The notes beneath the pieces were generated by a model. It was given only the letters and a program-made list of their open reading frames with translations, was not told where the DNA came from and made no database searches. A stretch of DNA of 64,000 nucleotides from Thermodesulfobacteriota bacterium (GTDB taxonomy: Bacteria; Desulfobacterota; Desulfarculia; JACQYL01): contig CAXXLZ010000001.1 of assembly GCA_963675595.2 (NCBI GenBank), forward strand, positions 512,001-576,000, given 5' to 3'. Shown here one piece after another: positions 19,421-29,959 of this stretch (position 1 is the stretch's first letter; each line of letters starts with the position of its first letter). The position numbers and the translations under genes were made by a program.

Positions 19421-20920
19421 CTAGAACTTGAGGCCCACCCACAGAACGGCACCGACCAGCAGGCAGATCCCCGCTCCCATGGGGATCGTCATACGCAGGA
19501 TTTCGCCTTCTTTTCCCGTGGCCCCGCACATAGGGGTGGCAATGGCGATCTTGAACGGGGACGAGATGGAGCCTATCGATGCGCCGACGGCAAGAGCGGA
19601 AGCGAGCCAGGGCGCGCCGACGCCCAGAAGCGCCGCCGTTTCCACCTGGAGTTTACCGAAAAGCATGAGAGAGGCCACGCCGTAACCGGTAAGAAAGGTC
19701 CCCACCCAGCCCAGAAGCGGCACGAATACCGGGTAGTATCGGCCTGTATAGGCGGACAAGCCGTGGGCCATGATCCATGGGATATTCCCGGACGCGTTCG
19801 CGTCGGCAAATGCGGTGTCGTATCCCGAGTATGCGATCATCTGTCCCATGGCGCCGAACATGGCCATGGCCGCCGAAGCCCGCCATCCTTTTCTGAATCC
19901 TTCCCGCAGCACCACTTTGAGTTGATCCCCGTCAACACCGAAAAGCCTGACGGACAGGGCAAAAGCCAGAAAAAGGTAGAGATAGCCGGAATATAAAGGA
20001 CGGAAGGTGATGGTGTGCACCGGTATGAGTCGCACTTGAACGGAGAGTTGGTGAAAAGTGAGTTGTTTGAGATAAGGAACGGAGTTCAAGGCCAGAAGGA
20101 CCCCGAGAATCAGGAGAAATGGTGCCAAGTCCCGTAGGATACCCCCTTTCAGGCTCATCTTTCGTCGGCCGATCATGATCAACGTGAGGATGAGCACGAG
20201 CCCCGCAATCATTCCGGAAATCGATACGGCGAGCCATGCCACACAGGCTAGTGCCGCAAAACCCAAAATAACTCCGCAGACCATGGTGAACAACCAACGT
20301 CTCAGGCCGGGCAGGGGCCGAGGTAGAAACAAGGGGACACACAAAGTCATGGCCAGCGTGGCCGGGATGGAGAGCCAGGCGGAAGCGAGCCCCAACTCCT
20401 CGATGGATATGCCCGTAACAAGGGAGAGAACCGTAATGATGATTCCGGCCATTTCCAGGGTCATGAGGCCTGCGTAACCGATGATGGACAACGCCGCCGC
20501 GCCGCGTGGCTCGACGCCGGCGGCCGTCAACATGGGCGCGACCACCGGTTCTGCGATGACTCCCGCGCCCTCGGCGAAGTTGCCGACTCCAAGGGCGATC
20601 AAAAGGCTCCGGTGGTATCCGTCGCGTACTCCGCTCATGAACCAATCCACGATGCGCGTGAGAGCACCGGCCGCCATGAGCAGGCTGGAGAGGAGTATCC
20701 CGGCGAAGATCACGAGGATGAGTGGAACGGAGGTCACAATCCCGTCCAGTCCCGCGCGCAACGCCACGGTCACGGGAGTGTGGAAGTATCCCACCACCAA
20801 CAACAAGGTGAATAGGGTTCCATAGAGAGAGAGGTCTAGAGCCGGTTTTCGGAAGCCCACCGCCAGGATGGTCAGAAGCAACACGGGTGTCCAGCATGCC
20901 AGGAAATTCAGAAGTTCCAT
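19421..20920 (-). CDS. L-lactate permease family protein
   Basis: Polytopic; FAEGAG, LGWVGTFLTG..ASLMLFGKLQ, GSISSPFKI; ATG at 20920. Confidence 0.82.
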   Translation of the reverse strand: MELLNFLACWTPVLLLTILAVGFRKPALDLSLYGTLFTLLLVVGYFHTPVTVALRAGLDGIVTSVPLILVIFAGILLSSLLMAAGALTRIVDWFMSGVRDGYHRSLLIALGVGNFAEGAGVIAEPVVAPMLTAAGVEPRGAAALSIIGYAGLMTLEMAGIIITVLSLVTGISIEELGLASAWLSIPATLAMTLCVPLFLPRPLPGLRRWLFTMVCGVILGFAALACVAWLAVSISGMIAGLVLILTLIMIGRRKMSLKGGILRDLAPFLLILGVLLALNSVPYLKQLTFHQLSVQVRLIPVHTITFRPLYSGYLYLFLAFALSVRLFGVDGDQLKVVLREGFRKGWRASAAMAMFGAMGQMIAYSGYDTAFADANASGNIPWIMAHGLSAYTGRYYPVFVPLLGWVGTFLTGYGVASLMLFGKLQVETAALLGVGAPWLASALAVGASIGSISSPFKIAIATPMCGATGKEGEILRMTIPMGAGICLLVGAVLWVGLKF

Positions 20921-21010
20921 ATCAGCTCTTGAGTGATTCCGGGGTTTAAAGGGGTTTTGTCGGCTCAGGCGGGCTCCATACACCCGGAGGGGTCGGCCCC
21001 TCTTGAACAC

Positions 21011-21048
21011 GGAAAGCCGCAGCCCCTACACCGGGGGTGCGGCTTTCC
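21011..21048. terminator. Strong hairpin between elbB and the lactate permease gene
   Basis: GGAAAGCCGCA..TGCGGCTTTCC 11-bp stem; no clear U-tract, so terminator function is uncertain. Confidence 0.45.
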
Positions 21049-21092
21049 GTCTCTCCTTCCGTCGTTCAGCCCGTGTTCCTCGATGCGCAAGC

Positions 21093-21749
21093 CTATCCGG
21101 CCATCTCCACGACCTTGTCCACCAATTTCTCGATTCCTTCGGCCACGTGCCTGATGGACGGACCGAGCATGTAAGCCGGAGTAGTGACCAGACGATTCTT
21201 CTCGTCTAAATGAATCATATTCACCGTGCAGGCTTTGTGGCGACCTCCCATGGCTTCGATCGCCCCGGCCGTGCCGGGATCCGTTCCGATAGTGACCTCG
21301 GGGGACCTGTCCGTAAGCGCTTTTGTCAGGGTCGCCGGAGCGATGCATATGGCACCGATGGGTTTTCCGGCGGACACGAGCTCATCAATGAGACGTTGGA
21401 CTTCGGGATGAACGCCGGCCTCGGCTCCTTTAAAGGCGAAGTCACTCAAGTTCTTGGCCGCACCGTATCCTCCCGGAATGATCAGGCCTTCCAGGTCCGA
21501 GCCTTTCACGTCCTTGATATTTCGGATATCTCCCCTCGCGATTCGGGCCGACTCCACCAGAACATTCCGCTTTTCCTTCGTCTCTTCTTGGGTGAGGTGG
21601 TTGATGACGTGCGCTTGATCCGCATCGGGAGCCATGCACACGATTTCAGCCCCGGCCCGATCCAGAAACAGCAGAGTGAGCACGGCCTCGTGGATTTCAG
21701 ACCCGTCGAACACACCGCATCCGGAAAGTAGAACTCCGATTCTCGTCAC
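21093..21749 (-). CDS. elbB: Glyoxalase ElbB (DJ-1/PfpI superfamily)
   Basis: LSGCGVFDGSEIHEAV, RNVLVESARIARG, PGGYGAAKNL, ICIAP, TTPAYM. Confidence 0.93.
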   Translation of the reverse strand: MTRIGVLLSGCGVFDGSEIHEAVLTLLFLDRAGAEIVCMAPDADQAHVINHLTQEETKEKRNVLVESARIARGDIRNIKDVKGSDLEGLIIPGGYGAAKNLSDFAFKGAEAGVHPEVQRLIDELVSAGKPIGAICIAPATLTKALTDRSPEVTIGTDPGTAGAIEAMGGRHKACTVNMIHLDEKNRLVTTPAYMLGPSIRHVAEGIEKLVDKVVEMAG

Positions 21750-21839
21750 AGCTTCCTCCTTCGCGCTAAAGGTCGTTAATGAGTTCTCCTCGGGTATGCA
21801 TAGCCCATTAAGACGACGGAGCCAAATATTTTTCTAAAC

Positions 21840-22595
21840 CTAAAGCCTCCCCGCCTGGTTGATCAAAGAGGCAATGAATGCCGCGCCGAATCCATTGTCG
21901 ATGTTCACTACGGCCACGTTGGACGCGCAGGAGTTGAGCATTCCCAATAAGGCGGCCAATCCTCCGAAGCTAGCCCCATACCCGACGCTGGTGGGCACCG
22001 CGATGACGGGTCTTTTGACCAGGCCCCCGACCACGCTTGGAAGCGCACCCTCCATTCCGGCCACCACGATGAAAACCCAGGCACGCTCCAACAGGCTCCG
22101 CCGGGAGAGGAGGCGGTGGACGCCGCTGACACCGACGTCATACAGGGATTCTACGTGATTTCCGAAAAATCGAGCAGTGACAACGGCTTCCTCGGCCACC
22201 GGCAGGTCGGAGGTTCCGGCGCAAATTACCATGACACACCCGGTTTCTTCGCGAACGGGCTCTTTGGACAACGTCAGGGTCCCGGCTGTGGCGTAGTATA
22301 CGGCTTCAGGGAACTCGGCCAGCAATTGTTCGCCTTTTTCAGGCGAAACGCGAGTGGCCAGAATGTCGTCTCCCCGGTCTCTGAGGCTGGACATGATGGA
22401 AATGATTTGGGGAGTCGTTTTCCCTTCTCCGAAAATGACTTCCGGAAACCCCTGGCGCATAGGCCGATGATGGTCTACCGTGGCGAATCCAAGGTCGTGA
22501 TAAGGGTAGTCCTTGAGTTGAACGAGTCCTTCTTCTACGGATAGTTCCCCGTTTCGGACGTTCTCAAGCAAATCGCGTAGATGCTGTTCTTTCAT
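21840..22595 (-). CDS. larB: Nickel-pincer cofactor biosynthesis protein LarB
   Basis: DHHR..RQGFPEVIFGEGKT, AGTSDLPVAEEA, DVGVSGVHRL, AGMEGALPSV, PTSVGYG, VNIDNGFGAA. Confidence 0.93.
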   Translation of the reverse strand: MKEQHLRDLLENVRNGELSVEEGLVQLKDYPYHDLGFATVDHHRPMRQGFPEVIFGEGKTTPQIISIMSSLRDRGDDILATRVSPEKGEQLLAEFPEAVYYATAGTLTLSKEPVREETGCVMVICAGTSDLPVAEEAVVTARFFGNHVESLYDVGVSGVHRLLSRRSLLERAWVFIVVAGMEGALPSVVGGLVKRPVIAVPTSVGYGASFGGLAALLGMLNSCASNVAVVNIDNGFGAAFIASLINQAGRL

Positions 22596-22837
22596 ATTCT
22601 CCTTTTCGCAAGGCGGTCGGCTCCTGCGTGTTTGATCGGTCGGGGACCACAAATATCCCTCCGGTGCCGAGAATCACAACTAGGCAGCCTTTGACGCCTG
22701 ATTATCATGGGACTGCGTCCGGAGTCGGACGGCCTGTTTCAGAGGAGTTTCCAACGACGAAAAGTGTCAAAGCTTCTCTTATTGAAGCCCACGAACCGCT
22801 TCAAGACGCCTTCGCTCACATTCCCCCTCAGGGGAAA

Positions 22838-23245
22838 TCAGGGAGAACGTTTCGCGTCGCCCATTGTTCCGTGCATAATGGTTTTGACCTTTACCAGTTC
22901 TCCCATGAGACGCTTCCCGAATTCTCGAACCCCGGCAAGGTCCTCGGCCTGCGCCGCCTGTTCCACCTGCTCGACCAAGTGAAAGCTGGACAGCGCTCCG
23001 ATCGTCCAAGTGACGCTTCTCAAAGAGTGCATTTGTTTCAGCACTGCTTCAAAGTCATCCAATCGAAGAATCGCTTCGATCTTGTCCAGCCGTTTGGGAA
23101 GCTCATTGAGAAAGATCGAGTAGAGCTCATCAACGAAAGCCGGATTGTCGCCGACCCGCTCAAGAACGGATTTCCGGTCAAGCACCGCAACGGAGTTTTC
23201 GCCGTCCGGCGACTCCGCGGTTTGGAACGGTTTGTCCGTGTACAT
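22838..23245 (-). CDS. Hpt (histidine phosphotransfer) domain protein
   Basis: LDR..VLERVGD...ELYSIF...HSLRS...IGA pattern. Confidence 0.75.
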   Translation of the reverse strand: MYTDKPFQTAESPDGENSVAVLDRKSVLERVGDNPAFVDELYSIFLNELPKRLDKIEAILRLDDFEAVLKQMHSLRSVTWTIGALSSFHLVEQVEQAAQAEDLAGVREFGKRLMGELVKVKTIMHGTMGDAKRSP

Positions 23246-23457
23246 GATCGTCCTCCTGAGCCTGCCTTAGCTTATGTGAGGCCCACAACCGGGCCGCCCG
23301 ATCGTTCTATCGACCTTCCGTGCATTGACCGTGACGGGGTCACGTTTGCCCCTCTCGGTTTCGCCTTTGATCATCGGGCTTTCGTCCCCGACCGTCCATG
23401 TGGGATGCGGTCCGATGCCGGAGTCAACGGCTCCGAAGCGTTGTCCCCATGTTTCGA

Positions 23458-23883
23458 CTATTCCGTTCTTTCCCGTGGCGCTTTTCGAGTGCGCTTGACA
23501 TCCGCTCTTCGCCGTTTGGTCTGGATTCTTCGTTCCTTGGAGCCGGCCGACGGTCTCGTCTTCTTGCGCAGCCTGGGCTCTTCGGACGCTTTTCGGATGA
23601 GCGTCGCCAATCTGACCAAAGCGTCCTTTCTGTTGGCTTCTTGGGTGCGGAATTGCCGAGCGTCGATCACCAGGATGCCGTCTGCGTTCATCCTGCTTCC
23701 CGCCAGTCGCATCAAACGGCTCCGTACCCTCTCGGGCAGAGAGGGCGAGCTCTTCACGTCGAACCGCAACTCCACCGCGGTGGAAGTCTTGTTCACGTTC
23801 TGGCCTCCGGGGCCGGAAGAGCGCACGAACTTCTCTTTGATCTCACGATCGTCCAGAGATATTCGGTCGGTAACTCGGATCAT
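23458..23883 (-). CDS. arfB: Alternative ribosome-rescue peptidyl-tRNA hydrolase ArfB
   Basis: RSSGPGGQNVNK, RTQEANR, basic C-terminal tail. Confidence 0.95.
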   Translation of the reverse strand: MIRVTDRISLDDREIKEKFVRSSGPGGQNVNKTSTAVELRFDVKSSPSLPERVRSRLMRLAGSRMNADGILVIDARQFRTQEANRKDALVRLATLIRKASEEPRLRKKTRPSAGSKERRIQTKRRRADVKRTRKAPRERTE

Positions 23884-23998
23884 CTTATCGACTCTTTGGA
23901 GTTTCAAGAAATGTAATTGGATTCTACAACAGGGAAGCCCTGTTTCCAAATCTATTCACGTGAAACCGACACAAGCGTTTCATGTGCTCTTATTCGGT

Positions 23999-25081
23999 TC
24001 AACCGGCGGCGGCCGCCGCCTCCCGATCCATTTCGGGCGCTCGATTTTCCCAAGCGTATGACGCCATGGAGGCGGCGAGATCAAGGCGGACGGACTCAAG
24101 CCCCGAGGGGTTGATCAGGATTTCCATGAGTCTCGAGACGAGATCTTCGAAGTCTCGATAAAGGAATTTCGCATGGAGTTCCCGAGGCAGTATCTCCGGA
24201 TAGGAAAGACGATCCGGGAGGAGGGGGAGGCAGCCGAAGCGGACGGCTTCCACGACGGAGATGCCGAAATTCTCCTGCAGTGCCGTGCTCACCACCACCC
24301 ACCCGCGTCGCAGCCAATCTAGATACTCGTCCTTTGACTCCACATAGCCGTACTGGATGATTTCGTTTTCGAAAATTTCCTTGGCCCGATCAAATACATC
24401 GGGGACCCGGGTCCGGCTTTCACCGAGCAGGGCCAGCCGAAACGCCGCACCACGTGATTTGACCACTTCGAGGGCCCTGAAAAACACCTCCGGATTCTTG
24501 TCGAATTCCCAGCGGTGGTTCCATACGACCAGCGGCGGCGATGAAAACGGGGCCGGGGTGAGACCGGCGGCGGGAAATGAACAACCGGGATGGAATACTG
24601 ATGATTTTCCCCTGATCTTGTCGGGTACCCATTTGGGTCGACAGTCCGGCATCATGTTCAGGAACGGTGTGAGCTGCTCGAAAAAAGAGCTGAAGTGGGT
24701 TCGGGAATTGAACAGCACGCGATCGGCACACAGGGCCGTGGTGATATTGGTGAACCCGAACTGGTAATCCATGGTTTCGCCCGGCGCCAAGGGGTAGGTG
24801 AGCTGGTTTTCGTGAAAGTAGACGAGCGCGGGAGGGCAGGCGGGACCGACGAGCGCTTTGAAAGCGGCAAGGTCCAGCATATCCGACGTGACCAGGACGT
24901 CGTATCGGTCGATGTCACGAATCTTCCCAGCGAAAAACGGAGCCGCACCCCGCATGCGCCATTTCCAGAATCGTGCGGGCAGCGTGACCAGGTCGACCTC
25001 ATGCTTGGAAAGGGCGATCCATCCTTCTGCGAAATCTCGATGAGATCCGCCGAAAAAGGGCTCGATAAAGAGAACACGCAT
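23999..25081 (-). CDS. DUF3524 glycosyltransferase (GTDC1 / tRNA-queuosine mannosyltransferase-like, GT-B fold)
   Basis: EPFFGGSH, LPARFWKWRMRGAA, YFHENQLTYP, WNHRWEFDKNP, ENFGISVVEA, PDRLSYPE. Confidence 0.85.
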   Translation of the reverse strand: MRVLFIEPFFGGSHRDFAEGWIALSKHEVDLVTLPARFWKWRMRGAAPFFAGKIRDIDRYDVLVTSDMLDLAAFKALVGPACPPALVYFHENQLTYPLAPGETMDYQFGFTNITTALCADRVLFNSRTHFSSFFEQLTPFLNMMPDCRPKWVPDKIRGKSSVFHPGCSFPAAGLTPAPFSSPPLVVWNHRWEFDKNPEVFFRALEVVKSRGAAFRLALLGESRTRVPDVFDRAKEIFENEIIQYGYVESKDEYLDWLRRGWVVVSTALQENFGISVVEAVRFGCLPLLPDRLSYPEILPRELHAKFLYRDFEDLVSRLMEILINPSGLESVRLDLAASMASYAWENRAPEMDREAAAAAG

Positions 25082-25303
25082 AAGACTCCTTGTTTCGGAA
25101 AATATATCATATCCCGCCGGACGGAAAAACTCGGTTCAATTTTCGGAGAAGAATAGGGTAGCCTCCGACCTCGCGGATTTTGGATGATCGGCTTTCGGGT
25201 GTTCGACGAACTTGACTTGTTTCGGGCGGGGTGCGATCTTTCGGCGTTATCCGGGATACTTACCGAGTGGTTCATGAGGACGCCCATTCATCAGGAGGAT
25301 ACC

Positions 25304-25867
25304 ATGCCGAGGAAACTGTTATTGGGAATCGCAGCGTTTTGGATCATGGTTTGCCTTGCGGAAGCCACGGAAATCGGGGGAGTGATAGTGCCCGATACCC
25401 TTACCGTCGGTGAGACGCAACTTGTATTGAACGGCGCAGGCATTCGGAAAAAATTCATTATGAAGATCTACGTCGGAGCACTTTACCTCAAACAGAAGAC
25501 GAACGACTTCGATACGATCCTCGCGGCGGATGAGCCCATGGCCATTCGAATGCACTTTATTTACGACGGCGTTCCCAAAGAGCGTTTGATTCACGGTTGG
25601 AACGAAAGCTTCTCCTCGAGTCGAGAGGTTGACGTCGCAGGCATCCAAAACCAGGTGGACGCCTTCAATGCGTGTTTCACCGAGAATGCGGCGAAAAACG
25701 ACGTATACGACTTCGTGTATGAGCCTGGAAAGGGTGTAACCGTCGTTATGCAGGGAGAGGTGAAGGCGGTGATTCCGGGCCTCGATTTCAAGAAAGGGTT
25801 GTTCTCCATCTGGTTGGGAAGGAATGCGTCCAACGAATCGTTGAAAGAGGCGATGTTGGGAGGATAG
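25304..25867 (+). CDS. Chalcone isomerase-like exported protein
   Basis: Signal peptide; LVLNGAGIRKKF..KIYVGALYL; LFSIWLG; AGGAGG RBS. Confidence 0.85.
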   Translation: MPRKLLLGIAAFWIMVCLAEATEIGGVIVPDTLTVGETQLVLNGAGIRKKFIMKIYVGALYLKQKTNDFDTILAADEPMAIRMHFIYDGVPKERLIHGWNESFSSSREVDVAGIQNQVDAFNACFTENAAKNDVYDFVYEPGKGVTVVMQGEVKAVIPGLDFKKGLFSIWLGRNASNESLKEAMLGG

Positions 25868-26069
25868 ACTCGTCTGGAGAAGCCCGCGGCAAGCCGGGTG
25901 ATTCAAGGAACTCCGACGGAGCGTTTCCAAGGAGTTTTCCGGCCTTCAGGGTCAAACGGGCATTTGTCGGGAGGCGCGGCTCTTCTTAGGATGTTCCCGT
26001 CTTGTTGACCGGAGAAGATCCACGGAATGATCCTGCGACGGCAAACGATATCATGGAACCGGAAAATAG

Positions 26070-26786
26070 ATGGGCCGGGCAATGCCGACGAATACCCAAG
26101 GTCTGGTTCTGATTATTGAGGATGATCGCAAGACCGCCGCACTGGTGGCTTTGTATCTGGAGAAGGAAGGCTTTCGGCCTCTATTGGCCCATGACGGAGA
26201 AGAGGGCCTGGGGTTGGCGCTGCGTAGCCGCCCTGCCGCCGTTATCCTGGATTTGATGCTGCCCAAACTGGACGGTTGGGAAGTGTGCCGAGAGTTGCGC
26301 AAGGTGTCCAATGTGCCCATCATCATGCTTACCGCTCGCGGCGAGGAAATCGACCGAGTCTCCGGTTTGACCCTAGGTGCGGATGATTATGTTGTAAAGC
26401 CTTTCAGCCCGAGGGAACTCGTCGCCCGGGTCAAAGCGGTGCTCAGGCGGACGCTGAAAACGGAGGATGAAGGCGAAAACGTGTTGGAGCACGGAAACCT
26501 GGTCTTCGACCTGGAGAAGCGCAGGGTGCTTCTGCACGGAGAGCCGTTGAGCCTGACGCCTCACGAATACAGGCTGCTGCAAACCTTGATGGCCGCTCCG
26601 GGTAAGGTTTTCACCCGTGACGAGTTGCTGGACCGGCTGTATCCCGACGGTGAATCCGTGGTGGATCGGGTTGTGGACGTGCACATTGGGAAGCTCCGTC
26701 AGAAGATCGAGCGAGACCCCTCGGCTCCGGAGATGATCCTCACCGTGAGGGGAGTGGGGTATCAATTTGCAGACCGGCGCACCTGA
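26070..26786 (+). CDS. OmpR-family response regulator
   Basis: IEDD, LDLMLP, LTAR, GADDYVVKPF, DVHIGKLRQK, TVRGVGY. Confidence 0.93.
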   Translation: MGRAMPTNTQGLVLIIEDDRKTAALVALYLEKEGFRPLLAHDGEEGLGLALRSRPAAVILDLMLPKLDGWEVCRELRKVSNVPIIMLTARGEEIDRVSGLTLGADDYVVKPFSPRELVARVKAVLRRTLKTEDEGENVLEHGNLVFDLEKRRVLLHGEPLSLTPHEYRLLQTLMAAPGKVFTRDELLDRLYPDGESVVDRVVDVHIGKLRQKIERDPSAPEMILTVRGVGYQFADRRT

Positions 26787-27888
26787 AACGTCGGGTAGGG
26801 GGCGCGACGCCGGCCTGCTGGTCAAGCTGCTGGGTATTCATGTGCTCATCATCGCCTGCGTGATTTCCATCGTCTGGCTGGCTATTGATACGTTGGCCGT
26901 GCACTATTTCATGATCCTCATGGATCGATACAATGTTCCCACCGCGTCCACGCAGCAAATGTTTTTGGCTTCGGTCCACCGCTACCTGATCTGGGCGAGC
27001 GCGACAGCGCTGGTGGTGTCGATATTGCTTGGATTCACGCTGCTTCGACGTCTGTTGTCCCCCCTCTCGGATATGATCCGCACCACTCGAAGAATTTCTT
27101 CCGGGGATTTCTCGGCCAGGGTTCCCGTACGCTCCCACGATGAAGTCGGTCAGCTTGCCTGGTCCTTCAATCGCATGGCGGAGAGCCTGGAACGGACCGA
27201 AGGGCTCCGCAAGAAGCTGATGATCGATGTCGCCCACGAACTGCGGACGCCTTTGACCAACATCCGGGGTTATATGGAGGCCTTGGTGGACGGGGTTGCC
27301 CCTCCTTCCCAAGAAACCTTTGAAATCGTGCAGGCGGAGACTCTCCGTTTGGGCGGTCTGGTGGAAGATGTTCTGGATCTGGCTCGGGCCGATGCCGCAG
27401 CCGGTTCCCTGAACCTTCAACCGATCCGGTTGGGAAGTTTGGTGGAAGATGAAATTTCCCGATTTCGGAGCCGGTTCGAAAGCAAGGGCATTCGAGTGAG
27501 TCTGAAGACCGGAGCTTCGGAAGGTTCCGTCCTCGGCGATGCGGACAAGCTCGGGCAGGTACTCCGCAACCTGACTCAAAACGCCCTTCAATATACGCCG
27601 GAAGGCGGCGAAGTCCGTGTCTCCCTGGAATAAGTGGGTGACGACGAACGGGTGGTTTTCTCAAACCCCGCCTTCGATCTGGATCCAACGGACGTGCCGT
27701 TTCTTTTTCAGCGTTTCTTCCGAGGAGAGAAGTCCAGGTCCCGAGATCGGGGAGGAGCGGGCATCGGACTGGCCATTGTCAAAGAGCTTGTGGAAGCTCA
27801 TGGTGGACGTGTGGGCGCCGAGCTTCCGGAAGACCGGCTCCGTGTCTGGTTTTCTTTGCCGGTCGGAAGAGGAGAAGCCGGGCCCTGA
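26767..27888 (+). pseudogene. HAMP sensor histidine kinase (BaeS-like) with an in-frame TAA at 27631-27633
   Basis: Two TM helices, HAMP, H-box AHELRTPL, N-box NLTQNALQY, then TAA. The same frame resumes with the F/G2 boxes FQRFFRGEKSRSR..GGAGIGLAIVK. Confidence 0.85.
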
Positions 27889-28035
27889 ATTTCTCACGGC
27901 CTCGAGCGCCCGCCGTCCACGGGTGAGAGATTCGACAATGAACCGAAAACCATCGGAGAGGTTGCCGACCCGATACGTTGATTCCGCTTTTGGGGGTATC
28001 GGCGGCGGGGTTCGAAAAAGATCGGGAGGTGTCGC

Positions 28036-28974
28036 ATGAAAAGCGCTCGTATTTACGGGGTCCCATTGCTGCTCGTCTTCATGCTCGGTTGCGGACTGTG
28101 GGCTTTGATGCCCGGGCGGGCCGGAGCACAGGATGTTGCGGTGCCGTCCGGACCGGACGAAGAGAAGCGATCCATTGTGCAGGAGGCGGACGGTTATGGT
28201 TATTTAGGCGACGACGTCACCCTCGGTCAGGTTCGGGCTCATGCTTTGGCCGATGCCAAAAGAAACGTCGTCGAGGCTGTTCAAACCCGAATTCGTTCCA
28301 GAACCGAGGTAAAGGATTTTCAGGTTCGGTACGATCTCATTGTTTCGGACGCCGAGGCCTCGATACGGATCATCGAGCAGAAGGATCACGGCATCGAGGA
28401 CAACACCCGTTACCATGTTTGGATAAAAGCCGAAGTTTTCTACGAGGTCAAAACGGCAAGCGGCACATCCGATTCTCATCCGCTCATGCAACCGGATGAC
28501 CCGCTTACGGTGAGAGTATGGACGGACAGGAAGGTCTACCATAAAGGGGAGAAAATCCTGGTTCACATTTTGGGGAACAAGAATTACTATGCAAAGGTCG
28601 TGGACGTCACCTCCACTGGAGAGATTATCCAATTATTGCCCAACAAATATCGAGCTTCCGACTACTTCCGGGCGGGTAGAGTTTACCTCATCCCTGGAGC
28701 GGAGGACCGTTTCGATCTGGAAGTAACGGAACCGTTCGGCAAAGACAAAATCGTGGTGTTCGCCGCCGAGGCTCCTCTGGGCGAGATACCCCTTTCCTCT
28801 ATGGGGGACTCGGGGCTGCAGGTCTATGAGGGCGGCGAAAGCGGGTTGGCCTTGGGAGTACGGGGAATCCGTCCCGTTCGGCGGGAGGAATCTTCCCAGT
28901 CCGGAGTGGGCGGACCTTTGGAGTCCGGGGCGGAGTTCTATGAGGCCGCCTGGGAAGTCACCACTCGGCAATAG
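28036..28974 (+). CDS. Exported protein with DUF4384-like C-terminal domain
   Basis: N-terminal signal/TM; ALADAKRNVVE; VWTDRKVYHKGE..LLPN..PFGKD pattern. Confidence 0.7.
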   Translation: MKSARIYGVPLLLVFMLGCGLWALMPGRAGAQDVAVPSGPDEEKRSIVQEADGYGYLGDDVTLGQVRAHALADAKRNVVEAVQTRIRSRTEVKDFQVRYDLIVSDAEASIRIIEQKDHGIEDNTRYHVWIKAEVFYEVKTASGTSDSHPLMQPDDPLTVRVWTDRKVYHKGEKILVHILGNKNYYAKVVDVTSTGEIIQLLPNKYRASDYFRAGRVYLIPGAEDRFDLEVTEPFGKDKIVVFAAEAPLGEIPLSSMGDSGLQVYEGGESGLALGVRGIRPVRREESSQSGVGGPLESGAEFYEAAWEVTTRQ

Positions 28975-29060
28975 ACGAAGTGTATCCATCCAAAGGTCGA
29001 TCGTTACGGACTTCGAGGGTGTGTGAAGTCCGAGGAGATGACAACCGCGAAAGAAACCGT

Positions 29061-29324
29061 CTATTCGGAATCGTTCTGCCCGGACGCCTGCAGCACGTGG
29101 TCGAAATCCCCTTTTTCCACCTGTTCGGAAATGCTCTCCAGAACTTTGGCGGTGGGATTGCGCCCGATTGTCTGCACCATCATGCCCACCGCTAGAACGA
29201 GCAGGCTGGGAGGCATTTTGGCGAGGGCTTCTTTGCCCTCGGTTTCTTCGATTTCAGCCATTACTTTGTTGGTCGCTTGCAGAACGGCGTTGAACACCTT
29301 TTGCTGAATGTCCGTTTTGGGCAC
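29061..29324 (-). CDS. Small hypothetical protein
   Basis: GTG start preceded by GGAGG; amphipathic helical 87-aa product. Confidence 0.6.
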   Translation of the reverse strand: MPKTDIQQKVFNAVLQATNKVMAEIEETEGKEALAKMPPSLLVLAVGMMVQTIGRNPTAKVLESISEQVEKGDFDHVLQASGQNDSE

Positions 29325-29959
29325 GAGGCTTCCTCCGGTTTGCCGAGGCGGCGTCATGGGTGATGAGATTCAGTGCGGCACCGGGAATCCGGCGGCCGAG
29401 ATCGATTTCAGGGCGGACGGACAGGGCGCGTGAAAACGTCCATCCGGACGGTCTAAACCCGTGATTCGCATGTCGTTGATTCGGGCCGGTATCTGATTTG
29501 GACTTTCCGGTGCGTTTGGGTTTGTGGGCTCCGCTCGGTTTTTTCGGGCCACACAAGACAAATCTCGTGCGGCGAGCGGAACAGAGAATGCAAAGACTTG
29601 CCTCGTAAACAGAGCGGCAAGAATGACGACGGTCTGCAGTGGACTCGACTTGGACTCGGGACGCACGGCAGGGTCCATGAGTGCGGTCCGAAATCTTTGA
29701 TCTTCAACGGCTGCGGCGAAACCGGTGAGTTGCCTCATCCGGGATTTGCCGTAGCTTATATTTCTACCATGAAATACCCGAAGATTCCAAATAAATGGGA
29801 CCCGGAGCCTTGCTCTTGAGGGTCCCCGGCATTCAGGGGGCGCGGCGTGGAAACGGCTTCATTCCAATCCTACCGACCAAACCCGGCATGGGTTGGACGA
29901 GACGCCTGGTTCCAAGGATATCCGTATCTCTCGAGCGAAAAGACATTGTACCTATTCAC

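Noticed and set aside
22628-24061. 477-aa + strand ORF
   Set aside because: Overlaps the Hpt and arfB genes on the opposite strand; no recognisable features.
27631-27633. Stop-codon recoding (Sec/Pyl)
   Set aside because: The codon is TAA, not TGA or TAG, and other genes in the window use TAA as a normal stop.
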